From the NCBI GenBank assembly GCA_038496445.1, contig JALMLS010000385.1:248001-312000 (forward strand): a stretch of 64,000 nt of DNA. The letters run 5' to 3'. This DNA comes from Trichosphaerium sp. ATCC 40318. Taxonomy: Eukaryota; Protista; Tubulinea. Made by a program: the position numbers and the translations under genes. Below the pieces are notes generated by a model. That model saw only the letters and a program-made list of their open reading frames with translations, had not been told where the DNA came from and searched no databases. Shown one piece after another: positions 1 to 13,452 of this stretch; the first letter of the stretch is position 1, and each line of letters begins with the position of its first letter.

Positions 1-3000
1 AGTAAATGGTATTAAAGATAAGCAAGACTTTTTCCAAACAATTGTACGAACAAAGTTCTTGTGAAACTATTATTTTCTTTTTATCTCGCTCTTTGAGTTT
101 TATTAACTCTTTTTATCAGCAATCGTTTAATCTTTTGGGATTCTCAGAGAAGGAATTTTATTGTATTATGTGTGTTCTTTCAGCTATTTTGCACTTGGGT
201 AACATTGAGTTTGCTGGTTCTGAAGGAAATCCAACTACAATCCGAAATACCAATGAGTTGACTATAAGCGCTTCTCTTCTTGGTGTTGAGGTAAGAGCAT
301 TGCAACGAGCTCTTACAACGCGTCTACTACAAATATCTCATGGCACACGGCGTGTTTCAACTACAACTATTCCTCTTGGTGTAGACAGGGTAAGCAGGCA
401 TTTGTTTGTTTTGTAGTATACTCTAAAGGTAACGAATGTTAACCGTTTCCATTAGGCTCGTGCATGTCGTGACACACTTGCAAAGCATTTATATCATAGA
501 CTCTTCATGTGGTTGGTATCTAAGATAAACGCTAGGCTATCTGGTGAAGACAAGCCTGTTAATTTCATTGGGATTTTGGTAAGTCCATCGTAACACGAAT
601 TGCGAAACATTACCTAATAATTATCTTACCTCTTTTGTGTTTTAGGATATCTTTGGTTTTGAGACATTTGAGGTACGAAAAACAACACTTTTGTACTTTT
701 AATATTAGGCGCACGTGTATTATTATTCTTACTAACTGTATACAGACAAACTCGTTTGAGCAACTTTGTATCAACTTTGCGAATGAAACTTTACAACAAA
801 ATTTCAATGAAACAATTTTTAAAGAAGAAGAAAGACAGTGTAATGAAGAAGGTGTAGAGTATACGCCTATTGAATTTAGTGATGGACAAAATACTCTTGA
901 TGTTATTGAAGGCGTACGGTTATTCTGATCTTTGACGTTTTCTAAAGCTTCTGTTGACTTTCCTTTGTAGGTTCCTCATGGTATATTACCTTTACTTGAT
1001 GATGAAGGTCGTATGCCTAAAGGTAACGATTCTACTTTCCTTCGAAAGCTGGAGTTCAACCACAAGAGTAATAGTCAAATTGTCTTTCCTCTCAAGTCTC
1101 GTGATGCATTTACTGTAAAACACTATGCCGGAGACGTATGTCCAAGCCATCGTTTTGACTGTATGCCTGTTAAAGACTTATAACTTTCTCGTAGGTTACA
1201 TACACAATCGGATCTTTACTTGCTAAAAATAAGGATGAGATGTTCCAGGACCTTTTAATTTGTATAGCACATACAACTAATAATGTCATAAAGTACAGCA
1301 GCACTTGTTTTTCTTCTTTTTTGTTTTCCTGTATGGCTTTCATGTTTTTGTTTTGTTTCTTTTTCTTCTTATCGATCTTTAGGGAGATTCTAGATGGGTC
1401 TAAGGCTCCATTAAAGACTAGAAATCCTAAGCCTGGTGCTACTACAGGAGGTTCTGTATCTTTATCTCAAACAGTTCGTATGACACGTTCTAATCGTCCT
1501 TCGGTGAGTACTTATTTTGTTGTTCTCTTTTTGTTGATTTTTTGAGTTTCTAGTTTGCGAGTACATCAAGTTCTCTCAAGTTTACGAAAAAGGACTCAAG
1601 GAAGGTAACAATTGGAGCTCAATTTAGGTCACAACTAAAAGAGTTGATGGCTATAATCCACTCAACAACTTCTCGTTACATAAGGTAAATTATATTTTTC
1701 TTTTTGTTATAGTCAAAGGTTGTTTGAGTTATGGCATTGCTGATAATTTTTATAGATGTATAAAGCCTAACAAGAATAAGCAACCTTGTGACGTAGAGTT
1801 TGAGCCTTCTTCTGTTTTAAAACAACTACGTTGTGCTGGTTTAATTGATGCTGTAAAAATACGTCAATTAGGCTATCCTCATCGTATAAAACACAAATTA
1901 TTTTTAGCAAGTACGTAACACGTGACTTATTACTTTCGTTCCAATTTTGAGTTAACTGAAAAGGTGTAAAATTTCATTTTTTTTTCTGACCTTTCCTTTT
2001 TTGGTTTGTTTAAAGTATTGATTGATTGACCTCGGGTTATAAGGTACAAGTGTCTGTTGCGTAATAATTCTGGTAATACACTGAGAGAAAAAGTGGCAAG
2101 AATAATAGCTCATGTTCAGAACTCTGGAGAGCGTTTGCTTTCCATTCAATTGGGTAAATCCCTCGTGTTCTTTAGATCACAAGATGTACGTACTGTTATA
2201 CTTCCTTGTTATGGTTATAACTATTTTCTAGAATAATGTATTGGGTAGATTACGTAGCACTTGTATAGAGCGTCATGTGATAAAGTTACAAGCGTGTACG
2301 TATCTCTTGATAGCTTTGCTTTTTTCTTATTATTTGTTTATAGTTTATCGTGGTTGGAGAATGCGTGTTACATTCTCCACTTATAAAAGTGTTATAACTA
2401 CTATTAAAGTAGCTATGGTAACAAGGAGTATACCTATACTTACAAATGCTATTCAAGAAGCCCAAGAGCTGATTGACTGGGAATTCAAGTGCGATGATTT
2501 TCTTTTCTTTTTATTTTCTCAGAGTTCCCATGATACTAACAATTGCCAAGGCTACTCACGCGGGCCAAGCAAGCTTTAAGAGACATGAGGGCTGCCAAAA
2601 AACGTAGAGAAGATGAAGCTCTCCAAAGAGCTGAAGCAGCCCGTACGAAAGCTGAGGAAGACGCCAGGCTACGCCAGGAAACTATTCTAGCAGAAAAAGA
2701 AGCTGCAAGGCTTGCACAAGAACAAGCAAAAAGAGAGGCTGAGGAAACTAGAATACGTAAGAAGAGGAAAGGATAAGACAAGAGCAGGAAGAAGAACAAC
2801 GTCGTATTGAAGAAGAAGCAGAAAAAGTAAGACGTGAAGAAATTAGGGCTCTTGAAATGTATGAAAGGAGTCAAGCTCTTTTACAGAAAGCACAAGAAGA
2901 AGAAGAAAAACGAAGGAAGGCTTTAAAAGCTGCTAAAATAAAAGCAGAAGAAGAACGTAAAAAGAAAGAAAAAGAAGAAAAAGAAGCTTTGCTTGTAAAG

Positions 3001-6000
3001 CGAAAAGACTCTCCGCGAGGACCAGAAGTAGTTCCTTTAAGAAGAGCCTTTCCATCTACTGGAAGTGGTACATTCAATCGTGCAAGCACTACAAGCGCTG
3101 TGCAAAGTGGAACAGTACGTAAAAGCTTTCAGAGGTTTTCTTCTTTTTTTCTGATTTTTTATAAGCCCAAATGGCGGAGCACAGTTAGCGGTTCTGTTTC
3201 TTCTAAGCCTGAGAAACCACGCAATCGTCAAGGCAGAATTACTGTTGCAAATACAAAGCAGGCTAGAATTGATTATGAAAAGCAGAAAGCTCGTGCGACT
3301 AAGTTGACGAGAAACCTTCTTACTTATGCTATACATTATGGTAAGTTTTATTTTATGATTTACAGTACTAAACTTCGCGAAAGGCACTGATCAACACCTT
3401 GCGCGAGGAATAAGAGCAGCTATACAACTACATATTCAAGATAAACGGCTTCTTAATGAAGCGTTTGCCTGTCTTAAACGAGCGAATGAGAAGCTGCATG
3501 ATATTATTATGACTGAAGACGAACCAGTATGTTTTCATTGTTAGCGTCTTGCGGCTGTGTACTAACAATTATATTAAGGCGTTGGATGAGGTAGGAAAAT
3601 TAGTGAGAGCACTAGAGGTCAGTTTACCTCCCGAAACACTCCAAAGATTGGATGCCAGAGATCATCTGGTTAAGGATTTATTAAAACAGAAAAGTACTAT
3701 TTCTGCAGTACCTAATGTCCGTAAGTCTTGTTCCTGAGTAATGCTTCATGTTTTATATTAAAAAATTATATAGATACCCTTAGATCACATGCTAGTTCTT
3801 TTGGTAACGTGGGGTCATCAGGAGGTAGAGCAATAGCTTATTTTCTGCTTGTTGTTAATTTTTTTTTGTGTAGTTAGAGAGCGTGTTTTGATTGATATTG
3901 AAAGGCTTATATCTTTACCACCTAAACGCCTTTATAAAGGTGTTTCAGTACAGATCTCCGGAAAGGTGGTTGTTAGTAAAACAGCTTATGCCAAACTAGA
4001 TACAGCGATAGTTTCAGCATGTAACAAAAAGGTAATAATTTTTTTCATTGTTTTTTTATTTAAACGTTTTCTCTACAATGTATTGCTTGTCTGTGTGTTT
4101 ATTTGTATGTTTTTTGTAGTTCAAAGATGAGAAGTATGCTTCTAAACTTATAGAAACTGGTAAAGCTATAATGATGATACGTTATTATGCCAGTATAGAT
4201 GAATGGATATCAATAGATGAGCAACTGTTGAATCATAAGCCAAATGAGATTCTATGGAACTGCCCTGAAGTGCAAGCAGCGTATAAACAAGTGCGTCTCA
4301 TTATCGAGTTACAAAAAAAACCGTATCATTCATCATTTCATGATATTTTCTATCCCACGTGTTACAAAGTGATTTTTTCTGTTTTTATTTTTCGCACTTG
4401 TTAATTTTATTTAGCTTGCTGAGAGGTATACTATGCAAGGTGTGACATCACGTCTTCTTGCCTCAGTTGAGAATTTGGATCCTGTTGAAATAAGCCACTT
4501 GGTCCGTATGGCAGATATTGCACACTACGTGATTTCTGACCTTGAGTGGTTCAGAGGTACAGTTTATAAAAATTGTAGCATTCAGTTCTTACTAAGTTTC
4601 TTTTTTGCAGATTTAGCAGAAAATTTAACTTTGATCGAGTCAAGCTGTGAGGATGCCCTCGCAGAGGAGAAAATAAACTGGCCTTTGATATTTGACTTGG
4701 TTGATGCAGCTACAGCACTAGGTACGTTGAAATCTTCGTTTGTTCCATTTTCTGAATTTAGATCAAAAAACCAACATTAATTGTTTTCTTACTCTTTGAC
4801 TTTGGCTTTAGGATATGAGAGTGAAGCTGTCCTTCGTGCCACTAATATGCAAGAGGAAGCTAAAAAACTTGAAAGTCAAATTGAACAAGCTATAACTCCA
4901 GGTGTTAAAACAACACGAACTTCACTACTTGATCTCAAAACTCATGCTAATCGCTTGGGTTGGCCAAAAAAGGCATGCAAGCTGTGATTTCTCATTCTAT
5001 TCTTATTTCTTCTTAGTCTTCACATCACTATAAGAGACTCAAAGTAGCCATACAGAGGGCTTCTCATGGTGAAGTACCCTCAATAGTGCTAGAGAGTAAT
5101 CATAAACGAAACATAAGAGAAAAGACAAACAGCAAAGGAGCGAGAGCTTACAAGACTGCACCTACACCTGCCAAAAGTAATACTCCTCTCGGATTACCTC
5201 CAAGCGTATTACCAACAAGACCACCTAGCGTCAAGCGTCCATTGTCTAGGTACTATGAGTTTTAACAAAGAGCTATCGTACTTTCTTCTTAAACGTTTTT
5301 TTTCTTATTTTGTTTTAGGCGCTTGACTAGAGGTGCAGGCGTTTGGGATACTTCTGGTTCTTTGTTGACTTTTGACTGGGTATTAACAGATCAAACTAAA
5401 GCGTATGATATTCGTATATACTCATATTTGAAGACACCAGCGTACGTCTAAATGAAACAAATGAAGAAACTTGTTTCTTTTTCTTACTTTTTTTGTTTAC
5501 AGAGAGTTTGCAAAAAGTGCTGGTTTCCGTTATGCTTTGTTTTCCAATAGAAGCAAGCTCAAACGTACTTTTTATACTTGGACAAAAGATCCTATTCCTG
5601 CAACGCTTACACGTGGTTTAAAACGCCAGAATAAGAAGTACGCTCTGCGTATCTTCAAAAGTAAGTCAAGCATTCCTCAGTTTATTACTAAGTTCTTTTT
5701 TTTTTGTCTAGATATTCTTGGGTGGACTGGCGATAAGATATGTCAGTATTCTACTGTATTAGTCCGTGATATATTAGTACTTGGTCATGATAGGGCTTTA
5801 CTCAGGGATGAGATATTTTGCCAACTTATTAAACAAGTCACTAACAATCCTTCACCGTACGTGTTTTACTGCATTTTTCTTCTGAAACGATCTTACTTTA
5901 GTTACTTATTAAATTACTTAGATCGAGTACAAGACGTGCTTGGCTACTACTATTACTTTGTTTAACACATTTCCCGCCTTCAGGCCATTTTAAATGCTTC

Positions 6001-6230
6001 TTAGCGCATCATCTTAAACGAAGTATACAACTTTTTCTTTTTTTTTTATAGTTTGCTTATACTCCTCTTAAGGTGCTCCTAAAGGCATGTTACCACTCCT
6101 TGCTTCTACACTTAAACAAAGGCTTGCTGAGGGCGTACAAATGTATGTGTTTACATATGCACAGATAGAAGCATTTGCTAGTTCTTATGTGAAGTTTGGT
6201 GATGTCAATGCTCCATGGTATATTTTTTGA
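1..6230 (+). CDS. Unconventional myosin heavy chain, MyTH4-tailed (class IV-like); multi-exon, 5' end outside window
   Basis: Motor motifs across exons: LSAILHLGNIEF, RDTLAKHLYHRLF, ILDIFGFE, NSFEQLCINFANETLQQ, FTVKHYAG, YIRCIKPN, QLRCAGLIDAVKIRQLGYP. IQ-like KLQA..YRGWRMR, then an E/K/R-rich single-alpha-helix/coiled coil (~2560-3000). C-terminal MyTH4 (WTKDPIPATL, LRDEIFCQLIKQVTNNPS, HFPPS). No FERM domain before the TGA at 6228-6230. Confidence 0.92.
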
Positions 6231-7115
6231 AACTCCACTTTTTTTCATCATTGTGGGACGTATTTTAATCGAATAATAGGGCTGATAGTCCAACAAGAAC
6301 CAAGCGTAAGCGAAGAAATGAAAGTGAAGGATTGTCATGGCAGCAACAGTCCTACATAACGTAAAAAAAAAGCAAGACAAGAGCAAATAATCTTTTTTTT
6401 TACTTTTCTTTCTGTACAATAATGCCACTGACACAGGGATAGAACAAAAATATCCTATCCCTGAAACCCATGTACAATATTATAAAAATACCTTACCAAT
6501 CAAGTTTGTTCTTTTAATACAGTACAACAGTTAGATCGGCAAAAGTCCAACTTTGTGGTAATACCTACAAGGTTATTTGGTTGGAGAATTAGCGATTTAT
6601 ACTTCAAGTATTCCCTCATAACAAGCGAAAAACTGTTGACGCTATTTACTAGACACTAAAATAGCATCTTAATAACGCTAGCTACTTTTTAGTGTTGGCA
6701 AAAATATAGAAAAGTATAAATCGTTTAGTTGCAGGTTTACGAAACAAAAACAATGCTGAAACGGTTCTCAATGCCTGAAAATAGCTGGTCCAACTTTTTT
6801 TGGCTTATTGAGCTATGCATTATCCATATTTGCATATTTAAATTAGATATTTCAGTGAAGTGTTTAGACAACAAGAACCGAAAAAGAAGTTATCGTTTCG
6901 TAGCACATTTTTTGAACCAAAACATCGCTGATATGGTTTCCACGTATGCACACACCCAGTACAAGCCTTTAAGAGTGTTTTGAAATGTGCATTATCCATA
7001 TTTGAGTAATTACAATAGAATTTTCAGTGAAGTGCGTTATGTATCCCACAATTTATTTCTTAGTAGTTTTCATGGGTATAAAATGAAACGAAAACAAGCA
7101 GTAAATTGTAGAGTT

Positions 7116-7430
7116 GGAGTGTGTGCACCACGCGTGGGGCTTCCTAGCCATTTGGTCGAAAATATTTAAGGGAGTCCTCCGTCTAGCTTAGTGGGTGTAT
7201 GCATTGCGAGGTGGAATTGTCTAAGTTCCATCTTAATCCGACGTAGTGTGAAAGCTTGAATCGTTACATTAGCCAGCATGTCCTCGTAAGTAGCACGTAA
7301 TTAACTTAGGAACTCGGTCTGGGCCAAGAAAATTATAAGGTCCGATATAGAGGTGAGTTCTGCCGTTAGGGAAAAGCTCTATATAAACTTTGATTAGGCT
7401 ACTGCATGCATCCTATTATCGTTCTTTTTT
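7116..7430 (+). ncRNA. Putative structured non-coding RNA with an RNase P/MRP-like P4 signature (identity unresolved)
   Basis: GC-enriched intergenic island with several G-U-containing helices: 7136-7145/7169-7178, 7189-7203/7403-7418, 7208-7217/7225-7234, 7253-7259/7394-7400, and a pseudoknot 7309-7315/7355-7361 with 7346-7352/7377-7383. Followed by a T10 run resembling a Pol III terminator. Confidence 0.5.
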
Positions 7431-7763
7431 TTTTCAACAACAAGCTACTCTATTTCTTGGAAACCGAACCTATTCAAGCTACTGTGTGATGGATTGAACA
7501 ATTCATACTTGTCCAGGCAAGTTCTATGGTACTCTTGTTGTTTTCTTGTTGCACCTATAGAACACTAGATAATGGTTTTGTTTTATGGTAAATCTCGATA
7601 AATAATATATAAGCTAATTCTCCACTTGTACAGCTTGTAAAAAAGATGATGTATATTAAAAAAAAACACCATAAAAGTAAAATTTCTCATTATCTATGCG
7701 ACACTAGGTGGTTCGTTTTTAGATTGTAATGCTATTGCCTGTTTAGATTATACATTACTCCAT

Positions 7764-8440
7764 CTATTGTGACCCCTTTGGTACTTGTACTCCATTTATG
7801 AAATTGTATATTGTCAGTTTGCCATTGGTAAACCATACCTTGTAATCACCTTCCAATACTCCATTTATGTAATAATACTGCTTCCACCTTAACCCATTAA
7901 TATACCATTCCTTGCATTCTCCTTCTAGTACACCATTTTTGTAATTACACTGTATGTGTAGTATGCCGTCGGGATACCATTCCTTGTATTCTCCATCTTG
8001 TTTATTATTGATGTAACAATATTGCTTCGACAATCTGCCATAATAACGCCATTCCTTGCATTCTCCTTCTACTTTGCCATTGATGTATGTTTTTTGCGCT
8101 ATCAATCGGCCATTGTCATGCCATTTCTTGTACTCTCCATCTTCTTTACCGTGATTCCAGTTCAATTGCTCTTTTAGCTTGTTATCACTTAGTTTGTACC
8201 ATTTTCCATGGTTGTTCAACTCCTCATCGAACCTTGTGGTCATTGCTGCCTGTTTTGCAAGAAGCGGCCAAATTACATACGCATATGCGTCCAAATCGAT
8301 GATATCAAGTTGAATCTCAACAGGAAGGCTTAATAGATGGCAATCATGAACTGATTCCGTAGTTGATCTCTATTAAGTGGTAATTAGGTGCTTTGTCTTG
8401 ATATAAAGTATTCTGATACCTTGTCTGTGTTAGTGAGCAT
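7764..8440 (-). CDS. F-box protein with MORN-variant (YwqK-like) repeats; exons 8440-8420 and 8369-7764
   Basis: ATG exon MLTNTDK, a 50-nt GT..AG intron, then in frame the F-box-like HLLSLPVEIQLDII, followed by about five repeats of G.Y/CKEW..nG.L..Q..YiNG. Confidence 0.8.
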
Positions 8441-9818
8441 TCTGAGCAAATTAACACAATAGTTTGCAACTATAGCAAGCGCTTTGTACACAAATGTATG
8501 GATTAAGTGCTTTCGTGTTAAGCGGGCTAATAAACTGAGGTCAATTTCTTAGTTTTACAGAAATTAACGTGCCAAGGTTGGAGCAAAAAATGGAACAGCG
8601 ACGATTCACCGAAGTTTTAAAGAGTGTCACGTGATATCTGACAACTCCGCTTCCAGCGCCTCATATACTTTTGTAGGAAAACATTTACAGAGAAGAGTTG
8701 TTTCATGTTATTTCAATGCACAATGTAAAACAAAACCTTTAGTTCTCAATTGAGATTAATTAGATGATCTGTTCGGCATTGACAAACTATGTACACACGA
8801 CTACAATGCAAAGATGTATATGAAAAAAAACAAGCTGTACTCGAATATTGGCCTGAGGCAGAACTATGCATTGTATTATATGATTGTACATTAACGCGGT
8901 TTTTCTCATTCCAAAGTTGTTAGCTACTGCCTATTTGCTTTATTTAAAGGGCATTACACCCCAATACAACTAAATGTACAAATAACTTTGCGCTAGCCAC
9001 TACAGTAACTAAACAAATCTCGTTATTTGGCGTGGATTTTTGTACCTAGAGCATATTAACCTATGCCAATGGCTGATTTTGTGAGCGAAGCGACGGGCCC
9101 GACCGAAAGCAAACAGTGCTCTATATTAGCTCGCATTCGCTGTCCCATACTCGAATATTGTTAAACCAAAACTGGGAATACAAATAATCCACTTGAGAGG
9201 ATTTTGGTCCGGTTTTTGGAAAATGTGTCGTTTTCTGGCATACATGTGAGATTTTTACTTCTTGACGAAAAGGCACGTCACCTTTTTGTGAACTATTCAA
9301 TTCACTCTTGCTGTATACGGTCATCTGGCTTCCGTATACGTGTATTCTTGATCGAATGGTGGTGTTTTTAAAATAGATCCCTGGCTGCCTACTAAAAAAT
9401 CAAATACTACATATTTACTCACAACTTTTCTTCACGTTTTTTCTCGGACAGCTAATTGAATCAATCCATACATGAGCAAAAAATGTTGTTGTTACCATCA
9501 TTAACTGAATAATAAGTAACCAACAAGCTGGAGAGAAGTGTACATTTTGCTGTCATCATGTATGTTGACAGTTAAGCAAGTGCGCGAATTTGAGATTGAA
9601 AATCTCGAGAAAACTCGTGAACTTTCTATATTAGCCAACACTGGATGCGAAAACAAAAGGCTTAGAACTCAAGTATTTATCTATTGGGAGAAAGGGAGAT
9701 TTTAGGCATTAGATAGTTACGTGAATTGTAAAGAAAAAACGTAGCATGACGTTTTCTCAAACAAAACGTTTTGTGATTTTAAGGTAAACACTTTTACATT
9801 CTTGTACAAACAAATACA

Positions 9819-11784
9819 ATGGACACTACATCTACCATATTATTCGCTATCTGCTCACTTTTTGCTTTTGCAATCGCTCAAGAAAGTAATGCGTATGTTA
9901 TTAACAATGAAAGTGGTGGAGGTTTCGAAATACGATCAATAGAAGATCCAACATCTGTTCTACAAAGTACAAACATTTACCCATAGTACCTTTTTCTAAT
10001 CTACCCCGTCTAGCATGTCAAAGTTTTACTGATACGCCAGTTTCAATGTCGTATTTACCATCAACAAATACGTTATTTGTGAATACCAGGACAGAGCTGT
10101 TTCAGGTAGATCCACGCACGTGTGTAGTAAAAGTACGTTCATCACAAGTTACTTTTAATTGTCTTAACCAAACAATAGCGTTCTTGTCTGTTGAGCTCCG
10201 GTTTTGCACGTATTGCCATTGATAGGGAGACAGAGGTACTATATGGTATAGCATCAAGAAGTTTTATCGCACAGATCAATACAACAGACTGCTCCTTTTG
10301 TCACTTTTGTCAAACAGAAATAGGAGACAGTGACTCAGCCTTAGGGCGTACGTTTTTAACAATATCACATCTCTGTTGCTTTGCGCTGATTGCTTTGGCT
10401 AGTTGAGATTATTGGAGCTACAATATACATTGCCCAAGCTGAAACAGTCGCTATTCTACCTTTGACAGGTCCTTCTCGTTGTAATGTTACTCAAGTGTTG
10501 GACTATCCTTCATTTACTGTAAGTACAGGTACGTTCTCGGGAGCAGCATTTTTTACTTTTACCAAGGTTTTTTTTTTTGAAATTTTCAGAAATTGTTCAT
10601 TGATGCGCTCATTAATTGTACCTGTAGATATTACTGCGGTTTCAGATAACCAAATTATTGGTACTAATGCGGGGGGACCCTTCTTTTCTATAGATATTGG
10701 AAACTCTGTTGTAACTTCTTTTGACACTTCATTGCCCGCTCGAAATGGAGGACTTGCCGCCTTGTTTTTTGAAGGACAATTGCCGCCTCCAGATACAACA
10801 ATACCTCCTGTGCCCGAAATTGTCACCCAACCTCCAACTATTGCTCAAGGCGGTTTAATAAACGTTCTTATAACGGCAAGGAACGCATCTTTACCTGGAT
10901 TTGACTATAGATTAATTTCAAACACGAGCAAAATAGTAAGAAGTACGAACCGTCAGTTACATTTCTTTCCCTTATCCTCACTCTATTGATAGCCTGTGAT
11001 ATTCCAGAGTTAGAAAGCGATCCCTTTGCATTGGAGTACAGTGTCATACTAGATAGAGTTTTGTACATTAACAATAACAGAAGGCTATTCACCATTAATC
11101 CATACACATGTGAAATTGTACGATCGTCTGCTGTTTGCCTTATTTACAACCTCTCCCTTACTTTGTATTTAAGGACAAAGTATGCATCACCAGTATTGCT
11201 ATTTTTGGATTGATGATTGATAAAGAAACTGGAAGGGTATTTGGAGAGAGTTCAGGAACATTTGTTTTTGAGATAGATGTAGAAAACTGTAAGTTTACAA
11301 CTTATTGTAGTGACCAAACAACACCAGCAGCTTCAGGCACGTGATAACCTTAAACTTGTTAAATGCCATTGATACTTACTTTAAAACTAATAGGTGAGAT
11401 TGTTAACGGTGTTCTGTACATTGGTAACGATGATTTGACAGCTGCACCTGATTTTAGATCTGGTATTTGTGCGCCAGCGAGTTCAGCACCTGACCTACAA
11501 GATTGTGAAATTGCTGGTAAGTTTATGAGTGTGCCAACCTTGAAGTTCTTTTTCTGATTATTTTCTGTGTAGGTTTAACGTCAATATCAACAAGCACGTT
11601 AGTGGCTTCTTGTCGTGATGGAAGAATCATTTCCGTTGACATTGAAACTTTTAGCATAGCAGTGTTGGCTACTGAATTACCTGTAAGCCGTGGGTTATCT
11701 GCCTTTAATTTCAATCCTCCATTGGCCCCTGCTTTTATTGGTAGACCTCCTTGTATAAGGAGATTATCCCAACACCCATGGTAA
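9819..11784 (+). CDS. Secreted protein with two tandem Cys-containing beta-propeller-like domains joined by a Pro/Thr linker; multi-exon
   Basis: Signal peptide MDTTSTILFAICSLFAFAIAQ. Internal duplication (LFQVDPRTC vs LFTINPYTC; IAIDRETEVLYG vs LMIDKETGRVFG; TSLPARNGGLAA vs TELPVSRGLSA). Linker PPPDTTIPPVPEIVTQPPT. The fold call is inference from the blade-like spacing. Confidence 0.65.
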
Positions 11785-13452
11785 ACCAACCTAAAGTGCA
11801 ACATGTAAAAAATAAATAGAATGCAAAGCTCATTGAGTCCTTTAACAGAATACTCTTTCAGTGGTATAAACCTAAATATGCTACACCACTCATTGAAGGG
11901 GTAGTTAACGAAATGCAGAACAGTAAAGGATATGCTAAAGCAACATAAAATAAGTATGAAGGAAATGTTCAGGAGAAAACCCAAGAGATGTTGCTTAATA
12001 AAACAGAAGTATACGTGACTGGACATGGTGTGGTAATACAGCATTGGTGGCGACGCTGTGGCATCCACACCGAACTCCTCAAGTGTTGTAGTGTCGCTGG
12101 TGTTTACAGACACGTGCTCAAACAAAGTCGTCATCCGTGCATTACAAAGAGGCGTTAGAGTAATGAGGATGCAAATACAGCGATGAAAGCTATTTGGTGA
12201 TGTTAGTGGCGTATTCGGAAAAAGCTCTCTAGTAATTGTGGTGTCAATGAAAACGCGGTATCCATTTTTACAGGCTGGGAAGATGCAGAACCTGGTTGAT
12301 TTTGCGAATAGGAGGCAGAGAAGCTTGAGAAGGCGTACTGAGATGTTGAGTAAAAGTGACACTTTTATACATTAAAACGCCTAGTGTAAGCTTGATACTC
12401 TACGCATAATGCAGTAGTAGTTAGTCGCCAGCCAGGAATATACAAGATAATATTCTTGTTTCATAATGATTGCTAAACTTGTATTTTTTGGTACGTGTTT
12501 TTTACATGAACTACAGGCCAGTCAAGGAGAATACGCATGTCAGTCTTTATTGATTAAAGCGTCCCTTATATCTAGATCATTGAAGGTATACATGGCAATG
12601 TCAATTGTGTTTAGAGCTGCACCAATGACTTTTAATTATCACACGTGGTGTTTTGGTTGGATTATTTTTACTGCGTTGTGAAAATACTTGTAGTTTTTCG
12701 TTGTGAAACCTTAAAGTAGCTAGCTGAAACAACGCTGTCATGATGTTTTCTCAATCAAAAAAAAAAACAAACTAAGCTTGCATAGTAAAAAGCGCTTCAA
12801 AGACCTCAGTAAAAAGCCAAACGTGGAAGTCAAGGTTTGGGGTATACCCTATGAACTGATGCATCTAAAAGCAATGATAAAGATGATTTTTGCGTGCTTT
12901 ATGAGTAAATGACGACAATGAGCATGCTGTCATCATACTGAACTTTCAATGAGGTTAATAGATGCTCCAGCAAATTGTTTGATAGCGTTGCCACCAACAA
13001 ATTTACATGGAGTTGTGCTTAACAATCCCACAGCGTCAGTGTTCGAGGTAGGACTACCTTCTTTGTCACACATTATAACGAAAATCACAGAAACGAGATT
13101 TGTATGAGCCACCACGAGAAAACACGTGAATCAAAAATAAGTGAGTTTTGCGACAACATAGAAGTACCAAGCTCTCTAAAAACAGGTTCAGAACTACCTT
13201 ATCCAAAAAGAAACGAATGAAAACAGCTTGTTTTATCTATCCATACTTGATAACTCGCTATTAGGGAGAAAAAGGGGAATGATGCCATCGTGTTGGATAT
13301 CCTAATCACGTGATAGGTTGGCGCATCAAAACGAACAGGTTCGTTCACAGAAGATAAACAGTGGACAAATAGTTTGACGCTGGTCTTTTTATAAATCACG
13401 TGACCATAAACCAACAACAACAACTCTTCTTAAAGCAACTTATCTCATACAA

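Noticed and set aside
7263-7383. HDV-like, hammerhead, group I/II intron or IscB omega-RNA identity for the structured RNA
   Set aside because: Catalytic consensus elements (CUGANGA/GAAA, GACUA/UAGUC P7, domain V, a closed HDV P3/L3) were not found, and there is no adjacent nuclease or reverse transcriptase ORF.
9060-9400. Possible transposon end near GAGCGAAGCGA
   Set aside because: No partner terminus, TSD or second copy in the window.
11523-12362. 279-aa minus-strand ORF
   Set aside because: Overlaps the last exon of the secreted-protein gene in antisense, lacks an ATG start and has no recognisable motifs.
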